Assembly (NCBI GenBank): GCA_016792605.1
Contig: JAEULC010000160.1
Location: 1-42,884 of the forward strand
DNA: 42,884 nucleotides
Direction of reading: 5' to 3'
Source: Rhodospirillales bacterium
GTDB lineage: Bacteria > Pseudomonadota > Alphaproteobacteria > JAEULC01
The notes beneath the pieces were generated by a model. That model did not search any database and had not been told where the DNA came from. It worked only from the letters and a program-made list of their open reading frames with translations. The stretch's first letter is position 1, and the number at the start of each line of letters is the position of its first letter. The position numbers and the translations under genes were made by a program. Of this stretch, positions 10,254 to 21,018 are shown piece after piece.

Positions 10254-11628
10254 GATTCCCGGAAGCCGGCCTAGGGGCTTGCTCGACCAAGTGTTGCGTG
10301 GACTTGCGCTCCAGCACCGCCGCAAAGAACCCGTCCGTACCGTGGCGCGCCGGCGTCAGGTGCAGATAGGGCCCGGCGCAGGGAACCGGGCCGGCGCCGA
10401 CCGCCGGCCACAGGGCTTCCAGCGGCACGGGCGCGAAGTCGGGATGCGCCGCCAGGAATCCCTCGACCTGCCTCTCGTTCTCGGCCGGCAGCAGCGAGCA
10501 GGTCGCGTAGACCAGCCGCCCGCCCGGCTTCACCAGCCGCGCGGCGCTGGCGAGGATGCGGGCCTGCTTCGGCACCAACTCTTCCAGGTCCTTGGGATCT
10601 AGGCTCCAGCGACCGTCGGGGTTGCGCCGCCAGGTGCCGATGCCGGTGCAGGGCGCGTCGACCAGCACGCGGTCATAGGCGTGCTTGTGGCGCTTCACCC
10701 ACTTGTCGCTCTCGTCCTCCAAGAGCTTGCGCTCGACGTTGTGGACGCCGGCACGGCGCAGGCGCTTGCCCGAGGCCTCGAGCCGCTTGGCCGAGACGTC
10801 GCAGGCCACGACATGCCCCTTGTTGTCCATGCCCGCCGCGATCGCCAGCGCCTTGCCGCCAGCCCCGGCGCAGAAATCGACCACGCGCATCCCAGGCTTG
10901 GCGTCGACCAACAGGGCCACGAGCTGCGAGCCCTCATCCTGCACCTCGACGATGCCGTCCTTGAAGCTGCCGGTCTCGCCCAGCGGCCGGCGCCCGACCA
11001 GGCGCAGGCCGAGCGGCGACAGCGACGTCGGCTCCGCCGTCACGCCCTCGCTGCGCAACCGAGACAGGGCTTCGTCGCGCGTCGTCTTCAGCGCATTGAC
11101 GCGCAGGTCGACCGTCGCCGGCTCCAGCAAGGCGCGCAATTCGTCGCCGAGGCGATCGCCGAAGGCCTGGGACAGGGCCGGCGCGATCCAGCCCGGCACG
11201 TTGCCGCGGATCTCCGCCGGCTGGTCGGGATGGTCGATCGCATCGACGTCTGCGGGCCTGCGCCCGCCCGTCAGCCGGCGCAGCGCCTGGCTCTCTTCCG
11301 GCGTCAGGCGCGGGGGCGCATGGCGAGCGCCGGAGAAGGCCGCCTCGATATCCGCGCCGGGCCACTGGGTGATCTTGGCGAGGCAGGCGAGAACACGGCC
11401 GCGCGGCGATGGGTCCGCGATCTCGACGCGCGTGAGCCACCAGTCGAGCTGCGCGCGCCGGCGAAGCACGTCGTAGACGACGCCCTGGATCGCCGCGCGA
11501 TCCTTCGCGCCCACATAGCGGCGGCTGCGGAAATAGCTCGAGGCGACGCGGTCGGCCGGCGCCTTGGGCGCGGCGTCGATCGCCTGCAGCAGCTCGATCG
11601 CCTCCTGGATGCGCGCGCCGGGCGTCAC
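10222..11628 (-). CDS. rsmB: RsmB/NOP-family 16S rRNA m5C methyltransferase
   Basis: 468 aa with a GTG start at 11628. The N-terminus is NusB-like, with the SAM motif VVDFCAGAGGKA and catalytic motifs DAPCTGIGT and YATCSL. Confidence 0.8.
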   Translation of the reverse strand: MTPGARIQEAIELLQAIDAAPKAPADRVASSYFRSRRYVGAKDRAAIQGVVYDVLRRRAQLDWWLTRVEIADPSPRGRVLACLAKITQWPGADIEAAFSGARHAPPRLTPEESQALRRLTGGRRPADVDAIDHPDQPAEIRGNVPGWIAPALSQAFGDRLGDELRALLEPATVDLRVNALKTTRDEALSRLRSEGVTAEPTSLSPLGLRLVGRRPLGETGSFKDGIVEVQDEGSQLVALLVDAKPGMRVVDFCAGAGGKALAIAAGMDNKGHVVACDVSAKRLEASGKRLRRAGVHNVERKLLEDESDKWVKRHKHAYDRVLVDAPCTGIGTWRRNPDGRWSLDPKDLEELVPKQARILASAARLVKPGGRLVYATCSLLPAENERQVEGFLAAHPDFAPVPLEALWPAVGAGPVPCAGPYLHLTPARHGTDGFFAAVLERKSTQHLVEQAPRPASGNHASHGHDDHP

Positions 11629-11649
11629 CGGTCACGTGCTCGTGCGAGC

Positions 11650-13146
<1,497 letters not shown>

Positions 13147-13176
13147 TCATACACAGAACGCCCCGGGGAACAAGGC

Positions 13177-13229
13177 GCGCGTCCCGCGCCGCACGCAGGG
13201 CGTGCCTGCGTCTCGGGCGCGGGACGCGC
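13177..13229 (-). terminator. Nested GC-rich stem-loop between rlmE stop and guaB start (possible terminator/attenuator or processing site)
   Basis: The outer 14-bp stem is perfect: GCGCGTCCCGCGCC (13177-13190) pairs with GGCGCGGGACGCGC (13216-13229). The inner 7-bp stem is ACGCAGG (13193-13199) with CCTGCGT (13205-13211). There is no clear U-tract. Confidence 0.3.
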
Positions 13230-13235
13230 TTGCGC

Positions 13236-13931
13236 TTAGCGTCGACCGCGAAACCCGGTCGCGACGAGGTAGAGTTCGGCCGAATCCTTGCGGCTGGCCG
13301 GGGGCTTGGCGTGGCGGACCTGGGCGAAGTCGCGCTTCAGCCGGTTCAAGAGGTTGATCTCGGTCCCGCCCTGGAGGGCCTTGCCGACGAAGGTCCCGCC
13401 CGGCGCCAGCACCTCGGCGGCGAACTCCACGGCGGCCTCCAGCAAACCCATGATCCGAATGTGGTCTGTCTGGGCATGTCCGCTGGAGGACGGCGCCATG
13501 TCGCTCAGGACCACGTCCGCCGGCCTGCCCAGCGTTTCGATCAGCCAGGCCGGCGCGTCCTCGGCCAGGAAATCGCCTTGGCGCAGGGTCGCGCCCGCGA
13601 TCGGGTCGATGGGCAACAGGTCGATTCCGACCACCGTGCCGCCCGGCTGGCGCTCGGCCCCCACCCGCTCGACCGCGACCTGGGTCCAGCCGCCCGGCGC
13701 CGCGCCGAGGTCGACCACGGCCATGCCGCGCTTGAAGATCTTGAACCGGTCGTCGAGCTCCTGGAGCTTGAAGGCAGCGCGCGAGCGGAAGCCCTGGCGC
13801 TTGGCCTCGGCCACGTAAGGATCGTTCAACTGCCGCTGCAGCCACAGGGTGGAGGACAGGCTTCGCCCGGCCTTCGAGCGCACGCGCACGGCCTTCTGCC
13901 GCGTCCCCGATCCCTTCTTCACGCCGGCCAT
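13236..13931 (-). CDS. rlmE: 23S rRNA U2552 2'-O-ribose methyltransferase RlmE (FtsJ)
   Basis: 231 aa. WLQRQLNDPYV, FKLQELD, and the SAM motif VVDLGAAPGGW are present. Confidence 0.9.
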   Translation of the reverse strand: MAGVKKGSGTRQKAVRVRSKAGRSLSSTLWLQRQLNDPYVAEAKRQGFRSRAAFKLQELDDRFKIFKRGMAVVDLGAAPGGWTQVAVERVGAERQPGGTVVGIDLLPIDPIAGATLRQGDFLAEDAPAWLIETLGRPADVVLSDMAPSSSGHAQTDHIRIMGLLEAAVEFAAEVLAPGGTFVGKALQGGTEINLLNRLKRDFAQVRHAKPPASRKDSAELYLVATGFRGRR

Positions 13932-13946
13932 GTCGATGCGCCCGTC

Positions 13947-15074
13947 CTAGCCCCGCGCATCGCCGCGCATGAGGCCGAGCAGGATGCCCTCGCGAACGCC
14001 GCGATCGGCGACCCGCAGCGACCCGACCGGCCAGGTGCGGCAGATCGCGGCCAGGATGGCGCAGCCGCCGACCACCAGGTCCGCCCGCTCGCGGCCGATG
14101 CAGGGCAGGTCGGCGCGCGCGGCTGGCGCCATCGTCGCCAGGCGTCGGCTGACCTGGTCGATGGCGCCGAACTCCAGATGCGTGCCGTCGACATAGACGC
14201 GGTCGTAGCGCGGCAGGCCGAAATAGAGGCCCGCCAGGGTTGTCACCGTGCCCGACGACCCCAGCATCTGCACCGCGCCATCCGCGATGTGGCGCCCGAT
14301 CTCGTGCCGGGCCTCGAACGGCGCCAGAAGCGCCTCGACCTCGCCCGCGATGCCTTCGTACCAGTCCATCGCCCCATCCGGCCCGGCGTCGCGCTCGGCC
14401 AGCCCGACCACGCCATAGGGCAGCGAGATCCAGTCGATCAGGCTGAGCGAGCGCCCCGCCCCCACCTTGAGCCAGAGCAGCTCGGTGCTGCCGCCGCCGA
14501 TGTCGAACACCAGGGCATAGGGGCGCACCGGGTCGAGCAGCGGCGCGCAGCCGGCGAGCGCAAGCTCGGCCTCCTCGCGCGACGAGATGATCTCCAGCTC
14601 CAGGCCGGTTTCGTCCGCGACCCGGGCAACGAAATCGCCGCAATTGCGCGCCCGCCGGCAGGCCTCGGTGGCGACGTGGCGGGCGTGGGTTACGCGGCGC
14701 TTGCGGATCTTGCTGGCGCAGACCCGCAAGGCATCGATCGTGCGCCGCATCGCCGCCTCGCTGAGCTGCTCGCACTGGCCGAGGCCCTCGCCCAGGCGGA
14801 CGATGCGCGAGAAGGCGTCGATGACCCGGAAACCGTCCGGCCGGGGCCGGGCGACCAGCAGGCGGCAGTTGTTGGTGCCGAGATCGAGGGCGGCGAAGAC
14901 AGGCTCTTCCGGGCCGACCCCGCCGCGGTCGGCATTCCAGGAGCCCCGGAACGCGCCACCCGCGCCGCCTCCGGGACCGGGAGCACCCGGCGCAAGATTA
15001 TAGGCGGCATGGAACGGCCGCGTCCCCGGACCATCGCGGTCCGGCCGGCGCCAGGGCCTCAGATACCCAACCAC
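13947..15074 (-). CDS. Ppx/GppA-family exopolyphosphatase / pppGpp phosphohydrolase
   Basis: ASKHA-fold motifs ALDLGTNNCRLLVA and DIGGGSTEL. The 5' end is uncertain (GTG at 15074 and a glycine-rich, non-conserved leader). Confidence 0.8.
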   Translation of the reverse strand: MVGYLRPWRRPDRDGPGTRPFHAAYNLAPGAPGPGGGAGGAFRGSWNADRGGVGPEEPVFAALDLGTNNCRLLVARPRPDGFRVIDAFSRIVRLGEGLGQCEQLSEAAMRRTIDALRVCASKIRKRRVTHARHVATEACRRARNCGDFVARVADETGLELEIISSREEAELALAGCAPLLDPVRPYALVFDIGGGSTELLWLKVGAGRSLSLIDWISLPYGVVGLAERDAGPDGAMDWYEGIAGEVEALLAPFEARHEIGRHIADGAVQMLGSSGTVTTLAGLYFGLPRYDRVYVDGTHLEFGAIDQVSRRLATMAPAARADLPCIGRERADLVVGGCAILAAICRTWPVGSLRVADRGVREGILLGLMRGDARG

Positions 15075-15220
15075 GGCCTACACCCAGCCACTGCACATGC
15101 CCCGTTCTCTGGCGCGGGACCGTCCATCGGGTTGCTTGCGTAAGGCCCGGGGGACGCTTGGTTGTCACCATAGCGCAACAAGGCCGCGCCGGGCTACATG
15201 GCAGGTCGCAGGCTGGGAAT

Positions 15221-15294
15221 TGGTTGGGGGACTAGGATTCGAACCTAGACTGGCGGAGTCAGAGTCCGCTGTCCTACCGTTAGACGATCCCCCA
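15221..15294 (-). tRNA. tRNA-Gln (anticodon CUG)
   Basis: 74 nt, folded by hand. The acceptor is TGGGGGA/TCCCCCA, the D stem GTCT/GGAC, and the anticodon stem GCGGA/TCCGC. The anticodon loop is CTCTGAC, the T arm is CTAGG-TTCGAAT-CCTAG, the discriminator is A, and CCA is encoded. Confidence 0.9.
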
Positions 15295-15461
15295 GCCGGG
15301 GCCGGCGGCGAAAAGTCAGCAAACGCAGTAGGTTAGATACGTTTACCGCCGTATTCTCGAACGGCATCACCGCGACGGCCGGGTGATTAGCATATTCGTT
15401 TGGCGGTGGGTAGCCCGAATAGAGGGCGGCTGGCGCGGCGGGCCGGGGTGGTCCGGGCCGC

Positions 15462-16100
15462 CTATTTCAACTCGCGTTGAACGGTACTCAGCGAACCGGA
15501 GCGCTGGTTGAGGTCCTTCAGCTTGCTGATGAGGCCCGGCACGGAACTGACGCTGCCGCGCTCGAATTCGCCGCGGTAATGGATGACCAGGCTGTAGCCC
15601 TCGACCTCGATGTCATTAATCTTGGGGTTGCCGTCCGTCAGGCGAACCCGCCAGTCCACCGCCAGAGGCTGATCGCCCGCACGCTCGATCACGCTGTGGA
15701 CCTTCACGTCGCCGTTCGGCTGCGGCCGGCCGGCATCGACGGCGAACCGAACGATCTGGATGTTGCCGAAGCGATCGATCGCAACATCGATCAGGCGGGC
15801 GGCAAAAAGCTGCGTGAACTCCCTCTTGTCCTGCGGCGAAACCGTACGCGCCATCCTGCCGAGCGTCGCTGTCGCCACGGCGTCGAAATCGATCGCGTCG
15901 AGCATCAGCCGCGTGAACTCGGCAACCCGGGTCTCGGAACTGCCCTGTTGCGCCAGTAAGGCGACCGCCCGGTCCCCCATTTGAGCGATGTAGCGCGACG
16001 CCACATCCGGGGACAGCGTCTCGGCCAGCCCCGGCCGGGACAGTGCCAGCAGCAGGACCAGGCAGATCTCAGCGATCCGGCAGACCGGGTAGCGCGTCAT
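15462..16100 (-). CDS. MlaC/Ttg2D-family periplasmic lipid-binding protein (orphan, no mlaDEF nearby)
   Basis: 212 aa with a signal peptide (…LLLALSRPGLA). It has the family-like pattern FD…ATLGRMARTVSPQDKREFTQLF…L…Y and a WRV… strand region. Confidence 0.65.
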   Translation of the reverse strand: MTRYPVCRIAEICLVLLLALSRPGLAETLSPDVASRYIAQMGDRAVALLAQQGSSETRVAEFTRLMLDAIDFDAVATATLGRMARTVSPQDKREFTQLFAARLIDVAIDRFGNIQIVRFAVDAGRPQPNGDVKVHSVIERAGDQPLAVDWRVRLTDGNPKINDIEVEGYSLVIHYRGEFERGSVSSVPGLISKLKDLNQRSGSLSTVQRELK

Positions 16101-16165
16101 GGTAGGACAAAGGCCCGTTAGGGTTAAACTATAATGGAGAATAGGCGCACAATCGACGCAACACC

Positions 16166-16179
16166 TTGACGCATCTCAA
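16166..16179. promoter_or_regulatory. FixK/FNR-type box TTGACGCATCTCAA
   Basis: TTGA-N6-TCAA dyad in the divergent intergenic region between the MlaC-like and UPF0016 genes. One mismatch to the TTGA(T/C)-N4-(A/G)TCAA consensus. Confidence 0.4.
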
Positions 16180-16232
16180 TTGGCGCCGCTGAAACGGTAC
16201 CAACCTGTATCATGGCTGCAGGAGGAATGCCG

Positions 16233-16823
16233 ATGACCACGCTTGAGCTTCTGGCCGTTTCGGCGGTGACCGGGGGGCTGGCTGAGTTCGGCGACAAGAC
16301 GCAGCTGCTCTTGTGCCTGCTCGCGGCCCGGCTCAAGCGTCCTGTTCCGGTTTTCGCCGGGCTCGTTGTCGCTACATTGACCAACCGCCTGGCGGCCGGC
16401 GTGATTGCGGACTGGGCGTCCAGCATCGTCGCCGGCCAGCTGCTGCAGACCGTCGTCGGCTTGATGTTCGTCGGGTTGGCCGTATGGGTGCTGGCGGCAA
16501 CCGAGGAGAGCATGGTGCCGATCGCCGCCGACGAGTGGATGGAAAAGCTCGGCCCCTTCGCCGCCTCGGCGGCGGCATTCTTCCTGGCCGAGATCGGCGA
16601 CAAGACGCAAGTTGCCACGCTGGCGCTAACCGCCCGGTTCGGCATGCCCGTCGTCGTAAGCGTGGGCACGACTCTCGGCCTGATCGTGGCGTCGCTCCCG
16701 GTACTGTTTCTGAGCGGCATCGTCGGCAAGCGCCTGCCGCTGCGCGTCACCAGCCTCGCCCTGGCCATGATCCTGTCGGTCATGGGAGTGATGACGCTGA
16801 TGGGGTTCACGGGCTGGCGCTAG
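16233..16823 (+). CDS. UPF0016 (GDT1/TMEM165/MneA-like) family cation (Mn2+/Ca2+) transporter
   Basis: Two copies of the signature E-x-G-D-K-T (EFGDKTQ, EIGDKTQ) sit in two hydrophobic halves. I prefer the ATG at 16233 (GGAGGA 6 nt upstream); ATG 16212 is also possible. Confidence 0.8.
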   Translation: MTTLELLAVSAVTGGLAEFGDKTQLLLCLLAARLKRPVPVFAGLVVATLTNRLAAGVIADWASSIVAGQLLQTVVGLMFVGLAVWVLAATEESMVPIAADEWMEKLGPFAASAAAFFLAEIGDKTQVATLALTARFGMPVVVSVGTTLGLIVASLPVLFLSGIVGKRLPLRVTSLALAMILSVMGVMTLMGFTGWR

Positions 16824-16881
16824 GTCGCACGATCCGCGATCCCCGGCGGCGAGGCGCGCCGCGCAAATCCGGCACCGGGCG

Positions 16882-18504
16882 CTACATCGCCATCTCGGAC
16901 TCGCCGGCGTGCTCCTTTTTCGTTTCCGGCACTTCCGTCATCGTTGCCTCGGTAAGCAGCAAGACGCTGGCAACCGAAACTGCGTTCTCCAGTGCGATCC
17001 GCACGACCTTGGCGGGATCGATGATGCCGGCCTCGACCAGATCCACATACTCGTTCCGTGCGGCATCGAATCCGTAGTTGCCCTGGCCTGCCAGCATGCG
17101 CGCGACGACCACGCCGCCATCGACCGCCGAGTTCTCGGCAATCTGACGCGCTGGCGTGGCGAGCGAGCGCTTCAGGATCTGGACGCCGGTGCGCTCGTCG
17201 CCATCGACCTTGGCTTCCTCGCTGGCGACAGCATCGATGCACCGTAGCAGCGCCAGCCCGCCTCCTGGCACGATGCCCTCCGCGACAGCCGCCTTGGTTG
17301 CGCTGATCGCATCGTCCAAGGCCTCCTTCTTCGACTTCATCTCCGCTTCGGAGGGCGCGCCGACCCGGATCACGGCAACCCCTCCCGCCAGCTTGGCCAG
17401 GCGCTCCTGCAGCTTTTCCTTGTCGTAGTCGCCGGTCGCCTTCTCGATCTCGTGCCTGATCTGCTGGATGCGGCCGCCGATCTGGGCCCGGTCGCCGGCG
17501 CCTCCGATGATGGTCGTATGTTCCTTGTCCACCACCACGCGGGCGGCGCGCCCGAAGTGTTCCGGCCGCGCGTTCTCCAGCTTGAGCCCGACATCTTCCG
17601 AGACAACCTGGCCGCCGGTGAGGATCGCAATATCCTCCAGCATCGCCTTGCGGCGGTCGCCGAACCCCGGCGCCTTGACGGCACAAGCCTTGAGCACGCC
17701 ACGGAGCTGGTTGACGATCAACGCGGCCAGCGCTTCCCCTTCTATGTCCTCGGCGACCACCAGGATCGGCCGGCCCGCCTTGGCGACATGTTCCAGCAGC
17801 TGCACAAGGTCGTGCAGGATGCCGATCTTGCGGTCGCAGATCAGGATGAACGGATCCTCGAGCACGGCCTCCATCCGTTCCGCATCGGTAATGAAGTAGG
17901 GCGAGACATAGCCACGGTCGAACTGGAGGCCCTCCACGACATCGAGCGCCGTCTCCGTCGTCTTCGATTCCTCGACTGAGATGACGCCGTCGCCGCTGAC
18001 CTTCTCCATGGCATCCGCGACCATTTCGCCCACGGCCGGATCGTTATGCGCGGAGATCGCGGCTACCTGCGCCTTCTCCTTGCGCGTCCTGACCGGCCGC
18101 GACATGGCGCGCAAGGCCTCGATCGCCGCCTTGGCACCGCGATCCAGGCCACGCTTGAGGTCGATGGCGCTGGCGCCGGCAACGACATTCCGGACGCCCT
18201 CCGCCAGGATTGCATGCGCCAAGATCGTCGAGGTACTGGTGCCATCGCCGACAGAGTCACCCGTGCGCTCGGCGGCCTGCTTCAGGACCTGCACGCCGAG
18301 ATTCTCCTCGGCGTCCTTCAACTCAAGCTCCTTGGCTATCGTTACGCCGTCATTGCAGACGATCGGCGCACCCCATTTCTTTTGGATCAGGACCGACTTG
18401 GATTTCGGCCCCAGCGTGACCCTTACGGCATCGGCAAGCTGCGTCGCGCCGCGCAGTATCTTCTCCCGCGCAGCCGATCGGAACAGAACTTGTTTATGTG
18501 CCAT
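16882..18504 (-). CDS. groEL: Divergent GroEL/Cpn60 paralog, without adjacent groES
   Basis: 540 aa from the ATG at 18504. Blocks include [42 protein letters not shown] and GIVPGGG. The C-terminus (…[17 protein letters not shown]) is not a GGM repeat. Confidence 0.85.
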   Translation of the reverse strand: MAHKQVLFRSAAREKILRGATQLADAVRVTLGPKSKSVLIQKKWGAPIVCNDGVTIAKELELKDAEENLGVQVLKQAAERTGDSVGDGTSTSTILAHAILAEGVRNVVAGASAIDLKRGLDRGAKAAIEALRAMSRPVRTRKEKAQVAAISAHNDPAVGEMVADAMEKVSGDGVISVEESKTTETALDVVEGLQFDRGYVSPYFITDAERMEAVLEDPFILICDRKIGILHDLVQLLEHVAKAGRPILVVAEDIEGEALAALIVNQLRGVLKACAVKAPGFGDRRKAMLEDIAILTGGQVVSEDVGLKLENARPEHFGRAARVVVDKEHTTIIGGAGDRAQIGGRIQQIRHEIEKATGDYDKEKLQERLAKLAGGVAVIRVGAPSEAEMKSKKEALDDAISATKAAVAEGIVPGGGLALLRCIDAVASEEAKVDGDERTGVQILKRSLATPARQIAENSAVDGGVVVARMLAGQGNYGFDAARNEYVDLVEAGIIDPAKVVRIALENAVSVASVLLLTEATMTEVPETKKEHAGESEMAM

Positions 18505-18628
18505 TGGAACCGATCCTTGACTGACCCATTCTGCGACAAGCGCCAACGGATGCTGCAGACGGCGGCAATGCCGCGCTGTCGACACCGATCAATTTTGAAA
18601 AAAAATATCCTTGCGGCTGAGTGCCTTC

Positions 18629-18642
18629 ATTGATCTGCGTCA
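18629..18642. promoter_or_regulatory. FixK/FNR-type box TTGATCTGCGTCAA upstream of the groEL paralog
   Basis: Perfect TTGAT-N4-GTCAA. On the gene strand it lies exactly 20 nt upstream of an A/T-rich hexamer GATATT (18603-18608), the spacing expected for a class II (-41.5) promoter. Confidence 0.55.
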
Positions 18643-18697
18643 ATCCGCGCCTCAGGCTAGCGCGCAGGATGGATGATCGATAGGCGCTGTGACAGCC

Positions 18698-19681
18698 CTA
18701 GGGCTGGAGGACGGCTGCGCCCTGGATCCGCCCGGCCCGGAGGTCCGCAAGCGCGTCATTCGCCCGCTCGAGCGGGTAGGCCATCGTCGTCGCCTTGACG
18801 CCCGCTTTCGGCGCGATCGACAGGAACTCAGTGGCGTCCTGCCGAGTGAGGTTGGCGACCGACAACAGTTGCCGCTCCTCCCAGAGGATGCGGTAGGGAA
18901 ATTGCGGAATGTCGCTCATGTGGATGCCGCCGCAGACAACCCTGCCACCCTTGGCCACGGCGCGGAGGGCGGCGGGAACCAGCGATCCGACCGGCGCGAA
19001 TACGATCGCGGCATCGAGGCGCTGAGGAGCCGGCTCCTGCGAACTCCCGGCCCAGCATGCACCCAGCGACAGGGCCAGGTTCTGCGCGTCCCGGTCTCCC
19101 GGCCGCGTGAAAGCATAGACGTCGCGACCTTGCCAGCGGCACACCTGCGCGAGGATATGGGCTGCCGCGCCAAAGCCGTAGAGGCCGATCCGGCGTCCCT
19201 CGCCGGCGAGCTTCAGGGAGCGCCAGCCGATAAGGCCGGCGCATAGCAGCGGTGCGGCTGCCACCGGATCGTCGAAGCCCTCGAGCGCAAAGGCGAAGTG
19301 CGCATCCGCGACCACATGGGTCGCGAAACCGCCATCGCGCGTATAGCCGGTGAATGCGGGCTCGTCGCAAAGGTTTTCCCGGCCGGAGGCACAGTAGGGG
19401 CAATGGCCGCAGGTATGTCCAAGCCAGGGGATTCCTACCCGCATGCCGAGGGCGAGCGTCGTCACGCCTTCGCCGAGCGCCTCCACGATCCCGACGATCT
19501 CGTGGCCCGGCACGATGGGCAGCTTGAGGCTGGGCAAGTCTCCGTCGACGACGTGAAGGTCCGTCCGACACACGGCGCACGCCTCGACCCGGACACGCAC
19601 CTCCCCCCGGCCCGGAGATGGATCCGGCCGCATCTCAGGCCGCAACGGCTCACCGACCGCATGCAGCACCATGGCTTTCAT
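18698..19681 (-). CDS. Zinc-dependent alcohol dehydrogenase family protein
   Basis: 327 aa. CAVCRTDLH and GHEIVG are the catalytic Zn site, CGHCPYC is the structural Zn site, and GFGAAAH is the Rossmann motif. Confidence 0.85.
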   Translation of the reverse strand: MKAMVLHAVGEPLRPEMRPDPSPGRGEVRVRVEACAVCRTDLHVVDGDLPSLKLPIVPGHEIVGIVEALGEGVTTLALGMRVGIPWLGHTCGHCPYCASGRENLCDEPAFTGYTRDGGFATHVVADAHFAFALEGFDDPVAAAPLLCAGLIGWRSLKLAGEGRRIGLYGFGAAAHILAQVCRWQGRDVYAFTRPGDRDAQNLALSLGACWAGSSQEPAPQRLDAAIVFAPVGSLVPAALRAVAKGGRVVCGGIHMSDIPQFPYRILWEERQLLSVANLTRQDATEFLSIAPKAGVKATTMAYPLERANDALADLRAGRIQGAAVLQP

Positions 19682-19741
19682 GCTACGTCGATCAACCCGT
19701 GAAACGAGCCTTAGTCATCGAATGCAATCGCACCCCCGACT

Positions 19742-20200
19742 CTAGCCCCCGAGCGTGTCCCGGAGGTGGCTAGCCAACTCGTGCACGGGCGTACGGACGA
19801 GGTCCTTGTTGACCTCGCCGGTCACGTGCTTCCTGACGCGCTCCGACAGCGCCGCACGCAGGACGCCCAGCGCCTTGGGCGGCGCCACGAGGATGAGCCG
19901 ATCGAATGCCTGTCGGGCGGCCGCGTCGTCCAGAACCGATGCGACCTGCCCGCCGAAGCGCACCTTTTCCAGCTCATGCGGGTCATGGCGCGGTTCGATG
20001 GCGTGACGCGCGCCCGATCCCGGATCGAAGGCGCGCCCCGGCGCATCGCTTTTGAGGTCGCGGGAGAATCCGTGAACCGCCGCATCGTAAAGTTCGTGGT
20101 CCATTGCCTGGCCGAAGCGATCGCCGCCTTCCCAGCGAAGGACACGCGCCCGCATCCCGTCCGCGATCACCACCCATGTTTCCGGCCGCTTGCTTGCCAT
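19742..20200 (-). CDS. Host-attachment-protein family protein (Pfam Host_attach-like)
   Basis: 152 aa. Recognised from the N-terminal TWVVIADGMRARVL and the C-terminal LILVAPPKALGVLR…L…V.KDL pattern typical of this small family. Confidence 0.6.
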   Translation of the reverse strand: MASKRPETWVVIADGMRARVLRWEGGDRFGQAMDHELYDAAVHGFSRDLKSDAPGRAFDPGSGARHAIEPRHDPHELEKVRFGGQVASVLDDAAARQAFDRLILVAPPKALGVLRAALSERVRKHVTGEVNKDLVRTPVHELASHLRDTLGG

Positions 20201-20235
20201 TGGCTTGTCCTCCCGCTTGCGCCCGCTAACATTGC

Positions 20236-20931
20236 CTACATCAGGATCGCGGGCGGCACGTAGTAGACGAGGTGATCCTCGACGCAGCGCACACCGGGGA
20301 TGCGCTCGATCATCACCCGGAGAGCCTGGCGCTCGGCCTCCGAGAACACCGTTCCCCAGAGGTTGACCACGCCATTGTGGGTAACCACGTTGATGGCCCC
20401 TGCCGCGGCCCAGCGCTGGTTGCGCAATTCGGCCTGCACACGCTCTCGCAGCGTGGCGTCATCCGGCTTGGCATCCGGCACGATCAGGCTGGGCATGCTG
20501 GCCAGCGCCTGGACCAGATTGGCGCGGCTGACGATGCCGACGACCTTCGACCCGCGCATCACGGGCACGCGTTTGATGTGCCTGGACTCGAGAATGTTGG
20601 CGATCTCGCCGAGCGTGGCCGTCTCCGTAACGGTCACTGGATCGGATGTCATCACGTCGCGAACATGGGTGGCAAACGCCTTGATGTACTCCTTGGCCCG
20701 CGTCTCCTGACCCGTGACCAGGTCCAGCCACCACGACCGGCGCTTCTCGGTCTGCGTTTCCTCGCGATGCAGCAGGTCCCCTTCGCTGACAATCCCGACC
20801 AGGGCGCCGTTCTGATCGAGCACCGGCAAGGCGCTGACGTGGTGCCGCGCCATCATCGCTGCGGCATGACGGACGGTATCATTGCTGCCGACCGTGACGA
20901 TCGTCGTCGTCATGATGTCCGAGGCCTTCAT
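20236..20931 (-). CDS. CBS-pair + BON domain protein
   Basis: 231 aa. Two CBS motifs (…HHVSALPVLDQNGALVGIVSEGDLL, …RHIKRVPVMRGSKVVGIVSRANLV) are followed by a BON-like C-terminus (VTHNGVVNLWGTVFSEAERQALRVMIERIPGV). Confidence 0.8.
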   Translation of the reverse strand: MKASDIMTTTIVTVGSNDTVRHAAAMMARHHVSALPVLDQNGALVGIVSEGDLLHREETQTEKRRSWWLDLVTGQETRAKEYIKAFATHVRDVMTSDPVTVTETATLGEIANILESRHIKRVPVMRGSKVVGIVSRANLVQALASMPSLIVPDAKPDDATLRERVQAELRNQRWAAAGAINVVTHNGVVNLWGTVFSEAERQALRVMIERIPGVRCVEDHLVYYVPPAILM

Positions 20932-20991
20932 TCTACGTCTCCTGTCCCCCGCAAAATTAATGAGAACATAAGCGTCAGGAAACCTGGAGCA

Positions 20992-21005
20992 TTGACGCAG
21001 ATCAA
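20992..21005. promoter_or_regulatory. FixK/FNR-type box TTGACGCAGATCAA upstream of the CBS-BON gene
   Basis: Perfect dyad and the exact reverse complement of the box at 18629-18642. On the gene strand it lies 20 nt upstream of the hexamer TTATGT (20966-20971). Confidence 0.55.
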
Positions 21006-21018
21006 GCGGTCGAGCGCA

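Noticed and set aside
16101-16232. Possible Mn2+ (yybP-ykoY) riboswitch ahead of the UPF0016 transporter
   Set aside because: The leader is short. I could not find the conserved paired GGGGAGUAG-type elements or a four-way junction. A FixK/FNR-like box explains the region better.
18505-18697. CIRCE (HrcA) element upstream of the groEL paralog
   Set aside because: No TTAGCACTC-N9-GAGTGCTAA-like inverted repeat is present.
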